Shown: one piece after another, positions 1 to 8,164 of the stretch
Layout of the letters: each line of letters begins with the position of its first letter
Position numbering within the stretch: the first letter of the stretch is position 1
DNA from: Fimbriimonadales bacterium
Lineage (GTDB): Bacteria > Armatimonadota > Fimbriimonadia > Fimbriimonadales > JABRVX01
DNA length: 29,288 bases
Assembly: GCA_045862955.1 (NCBI GenBank)
Contig: BTVI01000038.1
Coordinates: forward strand, 1 to 29,288
Direction of reading: 5' to 3'
Notes under the pieces: model-generated
Databases searched by the model: none
Told to the model about the DNA's origin: nothing
What the model saw: the letters and a program-made list of their open reading frames with translations, nothing else
Program-made: the position numbers and the translations under genes

Positions 1-192
1 CACCTGTGGCCATTCTGGGTAGCGGGCACGAAGGCGGGTGAAAGCGGGAAAAGAGTTGACGTCGGCCGAGTGCTGCGACAGGATGCAGCAGACGAGCTCC
101 TCGACCGGATCGAAACGGGGGCGGTGAGAGGCGCGGCCGTACAGGTCCTCGAGGCGTTCTACGATCGTTCGGATGTCCTTGCTTCGGGCCAC
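1..192 (-). CDS. nth: Endonuclease III / HhH-GPD base-excision DNA glycosylase, N-terminal part (runs off the left edge; not in the ORF track)
   Basis: Manual minus-strand translation: VARSKDIRTIVERLEDLYGRASHRPRFDPVEELVCCILSQHSADVNSFPAFTRLRARYPEWPQV. DPxEELxxxILSQ is the Nth-family N-terminal motif. Start is GTG 192 or in-frame ATG 318. Confidence 0.75.
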   Translation of the reverse strand, partial: MARSKDIRTIVERLEDLYGRASHRPRFDPVEELVCCILSQHSADVNSFPAFTRLRARYPEWPQV

Positions 193-388
193 GGCGTCGG
201 GAGTTTCGCCGCGGGAGTGGCGGAGACCTGCCTGGAGAGCTGTCCTAGCCCCGGCGCAGTCCTCGGGTTGGCTGAGCGCGATGGCATGGCGACCCGCGGC
301 GGACGTGGGCCCGGGCATGGAGTGCGAACTGCCACGGGTAGAATGCCACAGCGGCTCCGGCCGTCTTCCTTTCTCCTCAGGAGGTTCG

Positions 389-1540
389 ATGAAGCTTCAC
401 GAGTACCAAGCGAAGGATGTGCTGTCGCGGTTCGGCGTAACGGTCCCGGCGGGCCGCGTGACCAGCGACCCCGCCGAGGCAGGTCGCATCGCCGGGGAGT
501 TCGGCGGGAAGGCCGTGGTCAAGGCCCAGGTGCACATGGGAGGGCGCGGCAAGGCGGGTGGCATCAAGCTGACGCAGACCGCCGATGAGGCCGAGACGTT
601 TACACGCGAACTGATCGGAAAGCGATTGGTCTCTGTGCAGAACCCTGCAGGCATGGTCGTCGAGAAGGTGCTCGTCGCCGAGCAGGTGGACATCGCGAAG
701 GAGTTCTACGTCGCGATCACCCTAGACCGGGCGGCGCAGAAGGACGTGGTGATGATCTCGGCGATGGGAGGCATGGATATCGAGGAGGTGGCTCGAGAGC
801 ATCCGCAAGCTATTGTGAAGCTGTACGTGGACCCGGCGTGGGGGGTGGAGGATTTTCAGATCCGGGATGCGATCTCGAAGGCCGGGATTGACATTCAGGC
901 GCGCCGGCAGATGCACAGCATGTTGAGGGCATTGCTGCGAGCGTATCTCGGGGTGGACGCCTCGCTGGTGGAGGTCAACCCCTGCGCGCTGCTCACGGAC
1001 GGGCGACTGGTGGCGGCGGACGCGAAGGTGACGATTGACGACAACGCGCTGTTCCGCCGTGAGGAGTTCGCCGCATGGCGCGAGGAGAGCGAGGACGATC
1101 CCATCGAGGCTGAGGCGCACCGCAGGGGCATCGCCTATGTGCGACTCGGTGGCAACGTGGGAGTGATCGGCAACGGCGCGGGGCTGGTGATGTGCACGCT
1201 GGACGAGGTAGCGCGGGCCGGCGGTAAGGCCGCCAACTTTCTGGATGTGGGCGGAGGAGCGCAGGCTGACGTGGTTGCCAACTGCGTGGACTTGGTGCTG
1301 ATGGACCCGAACGTGAAGGGCTTGCTCATCAACATCTTCGGGGGCATCACGCGGTGCGATGAAGTGGCCAAGGGCATCCTTGCCGCTCTGGACCGCCTGC
1401 ACATCGGCGTGCCGGTGGTGTTGAGGTTGGAAGGCACGAGCGCAGAGGAGGGCCGGGCATTGCTGCAGGGGACGCCGATCCACGCAGCAGAGACGATGCA
1501 AGAAGCCGCCGAGCGCATCGTGGGGCTCGTGTCGGCCTAG
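389..1540 (+). CDS. sucC: Succinyl-CoA synthetase (ADP-forming) beta subunit
   Basis: MKLHEYQAK start, VKAQVHMGGRGKAGG, EVNP, DAKVTIDDNALFR, GNGAGLVM, ANFLDVGGGA, NIFGGITRCD. SD AGGAGG at 379-384 supports ATG 389 rather than 173. Confidence 0.97.
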   Translation: MKLHEYQAKDVLSRFGVTVPAGRVTSDPAEAGRIAGEFGGKAVVKAQVHMGGRGKAGGIKLTQTADEAETFTRELIGKRLVSVQNPAGMVVEKVLVAEQVDIAKEFYVAITLDRAAQKDVVMISAMGGMDIEEVAREHPQAIVKLYVDPAWGVEDFQIRDAISKAGIDIQARRQMHSMLRALLRAYLGVDASLVEVNPCALLTDGRLVAADAKVTIDDNALFRREEFAAWREESEDDPIEAEAHRRGIAYVRLGGNVGVIGNGAGLVMCTLDEVARAGGKAANFLDVGGGAQADVVANCVDLVLMDPNVKGLLINIFGGITRCDEVAKGILAALDRLHIGVPVVLRLEGTSAEEGRALLQGTPIHAAETMQEAAERIVGLVSA

Positions 1541-1603
1541 TCCTCGACCTCTGCTGTCAGCTGGGGCCAGGATAGGACGGCTCGCGGGCGAAGCTCACAC
1601 GAG

Positions 1604-2671
1604 ATGGATGTGGTTCTGCCGGATGAGTGGGCAGGAGCTATCGAGACGTTGGCGAGCACATCGGGGCCGACGATGCTGCTTGGGGCGCCGGACACCGGCA
1701 AGACCTCCTTGTGCCTGGCTCTGCTGCAGCGTTGGGCCGCAGCAGGCGAGACGGTGGCACTCATGGACTGCGACCTCGGTCAGAGCGAGGTGGGGCCGCC
1801 CGGCGCAGTCGGGCTCGGCTACGCGACCCAGGCCGTGGAGGGCTTCCACGCCTTGGACGATGAACAGATCGAGTTCGTCGGCGTGACGAGCCCGGACCGC
1901 AACCCGACGCAGTTCCTCGTATCTGCCGCGGTGCTGTGGAGCCGGCGGAGGGACTGCGCCAGAGCCGTGATCGACACCGACGGCCATGTGTTCGGTCCCG
2001 GCGCCCGAATGCAGAAGCTAGAGCTGGCGCGGCTGCTGAAGCCTAGTCAGGTATTGGCGTTGCAACAGGACGGCGAGATGGAACCGCTGGTGTGCCTACT
2101 CGAGCGGACGACCGGAGTCGAGGTGGTTCGTCTGACCCGCTCGCCGAACGCGGCGCGCCGCTCGCCGGTGTTCCGTGCGCGGAGGCGACAGGCGAAGTGG
2201 GCTCGCTACTTCCGCGAGGCCACCCAACACGTCGTCTCGCTCGACGAAGTGTGCTTCGCCGGCTGCCGACTCGGATCCGGAAGAGCTCTCGACAAAGCGC
2301 TGCAGGATAGGCTGGGGCGCGTTCTGCGGACAGCGGTCTTGCATGCAGAGGCGTTGCCGGGTGCGTTGTGGGTCGTAACTGAGACGCCACTGCCGGATGA
2401 GGCGGAGCCTCGGGCTCAGGAGCTGTTCGAGGTACGTCGGGTGTTCTGCACGCTCGCCAGCGACTACCCTGGACTGCTGTGTGGGATAGCAGGGCCCGAG
2501 GGACACACGCTGGCTCTGGCGATCCTGATGGGAGTGGACTTCGCGGCTAGGCGTGCGCGGCTGCTCTCGCCCGTGAGGGCAACGCAATCCATCGCGCGTG
2601 TGACTGTGGGGCTGCAACGGATTGGAGCCGACTACCGAGACCTCGGGACAATCCGGGTGTCACAGGTATAA
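1604..2671 (+). CDS. Clp1/Grc3/Nol9-family polynucleotide 5'-hydroxyl kinase
   Basis: Walker A GAPDTGKT, DCDLGQSEVGPPG (family DxGQ...PPG motif), IDTDG, and the Arg-rich lid RRSPVFRARRRQAKWARYF. Confidence 0.85.
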   Translation: MDVVLPDEWAGAIETLASTSGPTMLLGAPDTGKTSLCLALLQRWAAAGETVALMDCDLGQSEVGPPGAVGLGYATQAVEGFHALDDEQIEFVGVTSPDRNPTQFLVSAAVLWSRRRDCARAVIDTDGHVFGPGARMQKLELARLLKPSQVLALQQDGEMEPLVCLLERTTGVEVVRLTRSPNAARRSPVFRARRRQAKWARYFREATQHVVSLDEVCFAGCRLGSGRALDKALQDRLGRVLRTAVLHAEALPGALWVVTETPLPDEAEPRAQELFEVRRVFCTLASDYPGLLCGIAGPEGHTLALAILMGVDFAARRARLLSPVRATQSIARVTVGLQRIGADYRDLGTIRVSQV

Positions 2672-2678
2672 CCCACCG

Positions 2679-4193
2679 ATGACCGTTGCCGAGCATCTGC
2701 CTCAGTCCGGCTGGGCCGGTCGGGTGCGGCGAGTGTGGAAGCCGGGCTGTTGGCTGCCCTTGTTTTCGGCTCTGCTCCTGTTTGCGGCCTATCCTCCCCT
2801 GGACGTCGGACACTTCGCGTGGATAGCACTCGTTCCACTACTCTTTGCGCTCGCGGAGGGTGGATTCTGGCGTGGGTTCCGTCGGGCCTGGTGGTTCGGC
2901 ACTCTGTTCTTTTTGGGCAACCTAATGTGGCTGTTGCAGTTCATCGCGGACTGGACTGGATCGATGCCGCTAGCTCTCCTCCCCTGGCTGCTTCTCTCCA
3001 TCATCGAGGGCCTTTACATCGCGCTGTTCGGGGGAGCCGTTGGGCTCGCGTGTCGGCGGTTCGGGTCACTCGGCCTGCTTGTCGCGCCGCCTGCATGGGC
3101 GCTTACGGAGTGGTTGCGGTCGAGCTGGCCGGCAGGTGGCTTCGCCTGGGCGCAGCTGAGCTATACGCAGTGGAAGAGCCCGGTGCTGTTGGCTCCTGTG
3201 GCGGTCGGGGGGACGCACCTGCTCGCGTTCCTCATTGTGCTGACTGGGGTGGGGGTGGTCGTTGCGCTGGGCAAGCCGCAGCGCCCGGGAGTCGGCTTCG
3301 CGTTGCTCGTGGGGGTCGGTGCGGTCGTCGGCTACAGCCAGTTGCTGTTCCTCGACGCATTGCGTGTCACTCCCACGGTGCGTTTGGCCGCGGCGCAGCC
3401 TGCGTTCGATGTCATTCACTCGTCGGAGTTCGAATGGGGTGGCGAGTTCGAGCAGTGGAAGCAGGACCGGCTGGAGGCTGCCGGACTGGCAGGGGTGCGA
3501 GTGGTGGTGTTCCCTGAGAGTTATCAGTTCGCGCCGCCGAGACCGGAGCGTCCTCCGCCCACGGGATACATCGCGAGCGGTCACCGCGTGGTGGACGGCA
3601 AGGTGTATCACACCGCATACGGAGTCTCCCCGGACGGCACGGTGACCACGTACGACAAATCGCGCCTCGTGATCTTCGGCGAGTACGTACCATTCCGTGA
3701 CCGGCTGCCATTTCTACAGGCCTTCCGTGTTCCAGGTGGTGACGTCACGGCTGCTCCGCCCGGACGCCCGCTGCGCGTGCGGGGGCTCGACGTGGCGATT
3801 GGGATCTGCTTCGAGAATCTGTTCCCCGAAGTGCTGCGGGCGCAGGTGAGGCAAGGCGCGGACCTGATCGCCGTGCTTTCTCTGGACGACTGGTACCCGC
3901 CCGCAGGCATCGAGCAGCACGCAGCAGTGGCGGTGGTGCGGGCCGTGGAGTGCCGAAGGCCACTGGTGCGGTCTGGCTCGACCGGAGTGACCATGATCGT
4001 GACTGCGCGAGGCGTGGTCGTGGCAGATCTACCCATCGGCGTTCGGGAAATGGTTATTGCAGACGTTCCCGTCGCGCGCAGGACCGACGTGCCGGGTTGG
4101 CTTCACGACTGGTTCCCCTGGCTGTGCCTCGTTGGTGTGGTTGCTGCACTTGTCTGGCACAAGCGTGAGACGGCTGCACAGACAGAGCGCTAA
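2679..4193 (+). CDS. lnt: Apolipoprotein N-acyltransferase
   Basis: Multi-TM N-terminus (AYPP..WIALVP, EWLRS..GGFAW..LSYTQ) followed by a nitrilase domain with the E-K-C triad (FPES, YDKSRLVIFGEYVP, ICFE). ATG 2679 lies just after the upstream stop. Confidence 0.93.
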   Translation: MTVAEHLPQSGWAGRVRRVWKPGCWLPLFSALLLFAAYPPLDVGHFAWIALVPLLFALAEGGFWRGFRRAWWFGTLFFLGNLMWLLQFIADWTGSMPLALLPWLLLSIIEGLYIALFGGAVGLACRRFGSLGLLVAPPAWALTEWLRSSWPAGGFAWAQLSYTQWKSPVLLAPVAVGGTHLLAFLIVLTGVGVVVALGKPQRPGVGFALLVGVGAVVGYSQLLFLDALRVTPTVRLAAAQPAFDVIHSSEFEWGGEFEQWKQDRLEAAGLAGVRVVVFPESYQFAPPRPERPPPTGYIASGHRVVDGKVYHTAYGVSPDGTVTTYDKSRLVIFGEYVPFRDRLPFLQAFRVPGGDVTAAPPGRPLRVRGLDVAIGICFENLFPEVLRAQVRQGADLIAVLSLDDWYPPAGIEQHAAVAVVRAVECRRPLVRSGSTGVTMIVTARGVVVADLPIGVREMVIADVPVARRTDVPGWLHDWFPWLCLVGVVAALVWHKRETAAQTER

Positions 4194-5659
4194 GGCGAGA
4201 CCTCGAAGACCGTCTCGCCCGGGGAGATCGACTTTCGGACCTCCCGGCCGCCGAGATTCACCACCAGGGTGAACGAGCGGTCGGACTCGATACTCAGCTT
4301 TGCAGGCGACCGGCGATGCGCACGGGCGGCGCACTCGAGGTCCACGGTTCCTTCGCCGACCGGGAGGCGGCGTATGCCATGCTTGGCCGTCTGTCGCAGG
4401 TTCCAACGCACCTCACCGGCAGGGGCATCCACCTCGATCCCCAGAACGGACTCGATCAGTAGCGCGACTGCGGAGCATACGGAGATGCCCGTTGAGTCCG
4501 GGCGGGCGCCCTCGGCAGGTCGAAAGGCATTCGCGGCATACGCATCCCAGAGCTGTCCGGTACGGGCGAAGGTCTTGGCGAGGCCTTCGAGGTGGTTCTC
4601 TGCTGCTAGGAGCGCGATATCAGCGTAGCCTAGCTGTGCTAGACCGCGTATGACTAGGTAGTTCGCGATGGGTGACACGGCGCCGAGTCGCACGGAATCG
4701 GGTTGGTACAGCGGGTCGTCGAAAGGCAGGCTAGAGAAGCTGTGCGCCTGGAGGAAGCCTTTGCGGTCGGTGAGCCGCGCTACGACCTTGTTCGCCCTCT
4801 CGGACGAGGCGATGCCCGCGAACAGCGCGTACGCGCCTGCGATCGTGGCGCGCGGGATATGCTTGCCTTCGCGCTCGAAGCCGACATGCTGCGACACGGC
4901 ATCCACGTCGCAATAAAACCCCTCGTCTTGCGACCAGAGCACCGCGTTCGCGACTCCGGCTAGTGCCTCGGCCTGCTTGCGGAACCGTTGCTCCTCGGTT
5001 CGGTTCTCCAGCACGCGCGCCATGTCGGCGAGGCAGCGCGCATTCAGCGCCTGCAAGCTCGTCATCTCCACCGACCCGACCGCTGCCTGCCACGGCGGGC
5101 CGAGGCTGCCCCGTCCGGGGAGCAGAGCGCCCGCTGGCGTGCGCAGGTTGGAGTCCATCCACCAGAAGTTGCGGCTTAGGTAAGGGTAGGCAAAGCGCAG
5201 GCGGGAGCGGTCGGCGGTGACGAGATAGTGCTGCCACTCGGCCCAGGCGAGGAGGGGTGGACACACCTCGGCAAGGTCTGTCGGCGGTCTCGCGCTGCGT
5301 CCGTCCGATTCCAAAATGCCTGCGCTCATGAAGCCGTCCGCATGCTGCTTCCGATAGAAGTTGTCTAGGGAGATGGCGGTGGGAAAGGCCCGGTGGCCGT
5401 ATCGCCCGCATGCGACCAGCAGCGCCGTCTCGAGCTGGCGGACTCGGTCTTCGGACGCCCCTACGTACCGCGACACGAGCCCGTTCGCCTCTGTACCCTC
5501 GTGAATGCCGGAACGGTACAGCTCCCACGCCTTCCAGTAGAGCTCGACCCACCGCTCGCGGCCGTCGAGGAACGGCTCGGGAACCAGGCTACGCCAACCG
5601 TCGGCCTGGGTGGGCGAAACCGCGAGTAGGACGACAGGCAGCAGAGCGAGAACTGACAT
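4190..5659 (-). CDS. Secreted GH63/MGH1-like (alpha/alpha)6 glycoside-hydrolase-fold protein, catalytic motifs apparently degenerate
   Basis: Signal peptide; WVELYWKAWEL, LDNFYRKQHADGF, PPLLAWAEW, LWSQDEGFYCD, LIESVLGI scaffold motifs; beta-rich C-terminus. SD-like GAGG upstream. Confidence 0.75.
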   Translation of the reverse strand: MSVLALLPVVLLAVSPTQADGWRSLVPEPFLDGRERWVELYWKAWELYRSGIHEGTEANGLVSRYVGASEDRVRQLETALLVACGRYGHRAFPTAISLDNFYRKQHADGFMSAGILESDGRSARPPTDLAEVCPPLLAWAEWQHYLVTADRSRLRFAYPYLSRNFWWMDSNLRTPAGALLPGRGSLGPPWQAAVGSVEMTSLQALNARCLADMARVLENRTEEQRFRKQAEALAGVANAVLWSQDEGFYCDVDAVSQHVGFEREGKHIPRATIAGAYALFAGIASSERANKVVARLTDRKGFLQAHSFSSLPFDDPLYQPDSVRLGAVSPIANYLVIRGLAQLGYADIALLAAENHLEGLAKTFARTGQLWDAYAANAFRPAEGARPDSTGISVCSAVALLIESVLGIEVDAPAGEVRWNLRQTAKHGIRRLPVGEGTVDLECAARAHRRSPAKLSIESDRSFTLVVNLGGREVRKSISPGETVFEVSP

Positions 5660-5724
5660 GAAGCAACCTCGGACGCCGGGTTACCGTATCTTACCGGACG
5701 CCCGAGTGGCGTGAAGGGGTTCGG

Positions 5725-6372
5725 TTGAGGCAGAGTCAAAGCGGCGAGCTGCGCACGTGCGTGCACTGCGGCGGACAAGTGAGTCCTAACGCATCGGCGT
5801 GCCCCCACTGCGGTGCGACGCAGCCTTTCGGGGAGCCGTTCGCAGCGGGCGACCGAATGCGAGAGAGGTTTCGCAGTCATCGCCGTTCCTTACGGGAGTT
5901 GGCCGAGTGTCGGGAGTGTGCAGGACAGGTGAGCCCCGACGCGGCTATGTGCCCCCACTGTGGTGCGCCGGCACCCGCCAGAGCCTCCTACAAGCCCAGC
6001 GGAGAGTGGCGAAGCGAGAGGACCGTGCGTGGCAGACCGTTGGTGCACGTTGCCTGGGGCAGAGACCCGGTGACGGGGAAGCTGCGCGTCGCAAACGGTG
6101 TCATCGCCATTGGTCAGTTCGCAAAGGGTGACGTGGCGATCGGGCAGTTCGCTTACGGCAAGTACTTCGCCCTCGGGCAGTTTGCGGCGTCGTGGGGGCT
6201 CGCGATCGGGCAGTTTGCGATCGCCCCCCTGTGCGTCGCGATGCTCGGAGCAGGGTTGTTCACGCTCGCCCTCGTCGGCGTAGGGTTGAAGATGTTCGGG
6301 ATGGTCGGGATCAGCCTTTGGGACCTGATCCGGGGAACTGGCGGGGTGGTGGTGCCACCGAAAGATGGCTGA
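5725..6372 (+). CDS. Double zinc-ribbon membrane protein with Gly-rich (I/L)GQFA repeats
   Basis: CVHCGGQVSPNASACPHCGA and CRECAGQVSPDAAMCPHCGA; four (I/L)GQFA repeats; hydrophobic C-terminus. The TTG start is uncertain. The stop overlaps the next gene's start. Confidence 0.75.
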   Translation: MRQSQSGELRTCVHCGGQVSPNASACPHCGATQPFGEPFAAGDRMRERFRSHRRSLRELAECRECAGQVSPDAAMCPHCGAPAPARASYKPSGEWRSERTVRGRPLVHVAWGRDPVTGKLRVANGVIAIGQFAKGDVAIGQFAYGKYFALGQFAASWGLAIGQFAIAPLCVAMLGAGLFTLALVGVGLKMFGMVGISLWDLIRGTGGVVVPPKDG

Positions 6373-8149
6373 GCGCAGGTTCGTTCTAACGGTCTCGATC
6401 CTCTATCTGGCGATCTGCCTGTTTCCCAACCTTTTTGGGCTTGCTCTGGCTGGCGACCGTTTTTACACGGGCTTCGACCTGAACTCGGACGACATGTGCG
6501 TGTACATGGCGTGGATGGAGCAGGCTCGGCGGGGACACTTCCTGTTCGACAACCGTTTCACCACCGATGAACAGCCTCGGCTGACCGTACATGCTTTCTT
6601 CTTTGTCCTGGGCACCGTCTCGCGCGTGACCGGTCTGTATCACGGCACGGTGTTCCATGGCGCGCGCATCGTGTTCGGGTTGCTGTTTCTGCTCGCCGCG
6701 TGGCGACTGGTCTGCAGAGTGACGAAGGAGCATCGCGCGCGCCGTATCGCATTCGGTGTTTTGCTGGTCTCGGCAGGTATCGGCTGGACGATGCAGGGGA
6801 TGAAGGGTGTGACCGGTCCCACGGACCTGTGGCAGCCAGAGGGCTTTACCTTTCCCAGCCTACTGCATAACGCCCTCTTCGCATGCTCGCTGTGGCTGAT
6901 GGTGGAGGCGTGGCTCGCCATCCTGGACGCGAGAGAGCAGTGGCAACCCGTCCTGCGCGGGGCCGTAGCGATGCTGGTGCTGGGCAACATCCACACCTAT
7001 GACGTGCTCACGATGGCGCTCGTAGCGATCGCGTTCGCCAGCTCGCTGGCCGGCGCGAAGGCGCTGAGTCCTTCGTGGGGGTTCAGGTCCGGGCTCGTCT
7101 TGCTGGGCGCGTTGCCGTCGGTGGCCTGGCTGGCCTATGTGCGAGCGAGCGATCCCGTCTTCGCTTCCCGAGCCGCCACAGAGACCTTCTCTCCGGAGCC
7201 CTGGCAGTTCGTGCTCGGCTATCTTCCCCTGATACTTTTTGCTGCTGCCGCGGTGTGGCTGAGAGGGCGTGAGCACAGACCGCCCATTGTTTTGGGTTTC
7301 ATCGCGGCGGTTCCGCTAGCGGTACTGGCGGTGTTGTGCTCTGCGGGCACCCCGCTCAATCGGCCGCCCGAGGACGCGACGGGGAGCGGAATGCTTCTCG
7401 GAGCGGGACCATTGGCCCTGTTCTTCGCGGTGTTCGCTGCGCTGTGCGTTGGTGCCTGGGCGATCGGGCGTGTCGTGGGGACCGAGGGTCGCCAGCGGCC
7501 AGCGTTGCTGCTCATGGCTTCTTGGGCGTCGGTGGCGCTGTGGCTTCCCTACTTCCCCGCCCTGTTCCAGCGAAAGCTCACGATGGGGGCACACCTTCCG
7601 CTCGCCATTCTTACAGGCATCGCGGTTGCGGAGGTTCTGCACCGGTTGCCGGCCCGGATGCGGGGCTCCATCGCGGTTCCGGCTGCCGTGCTGACTCTGC
7701 TATCGCTGTCGAATCTCGCTTGGCTGCGCGGTAGCTTGGAACGGATCTCCTCGGACCTCTCGAGCACGGGCATCCATCCGGTGTATCTATCCCAGGACCA
7801 AGTGGCGACCCTGTCGTGGATGAGGACCCACCTGCCCGAGGATGCAACGGCGCAAGATATCCTGCCTTTTGCGTGCTTCATTCCCGCTCTCGCTGGGCAG
7901 GCCGTGTACGCTGGCCACTGGAGCGAGACGCCTGCGTTCGTTAGCCGGATCCGGACGGTGATGGGCGAGTTGTATGGCGGGGAACTGCAAGGGTACCGAA
8001 GTCTCTCCACGGAGATGGCGAGAGAACTCGGGGTTCAGTATTTGCTGGTCCGAAAGCCGCCACCGGACACCTACGAGCCGGACGAACCGCCCGCGGACAC
8101 GGAGGTTGCGTTCGAGACCCCATCCGTTGCCCTATTGCATGTGCGCTGA
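6365..8149 (+). CDS. Polytopic membrane protein, probable GT-C-fold glycosyltransferase-like
   Basis: More than ten hydrophobic segments, an acidic DD motif in the first loop (NSDDMCVYMAWMEQA), and a soluble C-terminal domain (VYAGHWSETP, GVQYLLV). Confidence 0.6.
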   Translation: MAERRFVLTVSILYLAICLFPNLFGLALAGDRFYTGFDLNSDDMCVYMAWMEQARRGHFLFDNRFTTDEQPRLTVHAFFFVLGTVSRVTGLYHGTVFHGARIVFGLLFLLAAWRLVCRVTKEHRARRIAFGVLLVSAGIGWTMQGMKGVTGPTDLWQPEGFTFPSLLHNALFACSLWLMVEAWLAILDAREQWQPVLRGAVAMLVLGNIHTYDVLTMALVAIAFASSLAGAKALSPSWGFRSGLVLLGALPSVAWLAYVRASDPVFASRAATETFSPEPWQFVLGYLPLILFAAAAVWLRGREHRPPIVLGFIAAVPLAVLAVLCSAGTPLNRPPEDATGSGMLLGAGPLALFFAVFAALCVGAWAIGRVVGTEGRQRPALLLMASWASVALWLPYFPALFQRKLTMGAHLPLAILTGIAVAEVLHRLPARMRGSIAVPAAVLTLLSLSNLAWLRGSLERISSDLSSTGIHPVYLSQDQVATLSWMRTHLPEDATAQDILPFACFIPALAGQAVYAGHWSETPAFVSRIRTVMGELYGGELQGYRSLSTEMARELGVQYLLVRKPPPDTYEPDEPPADTEVAFETPSVALLHVR

Positions 8150-8164
8150 GGGCGTCGCTGCCGA

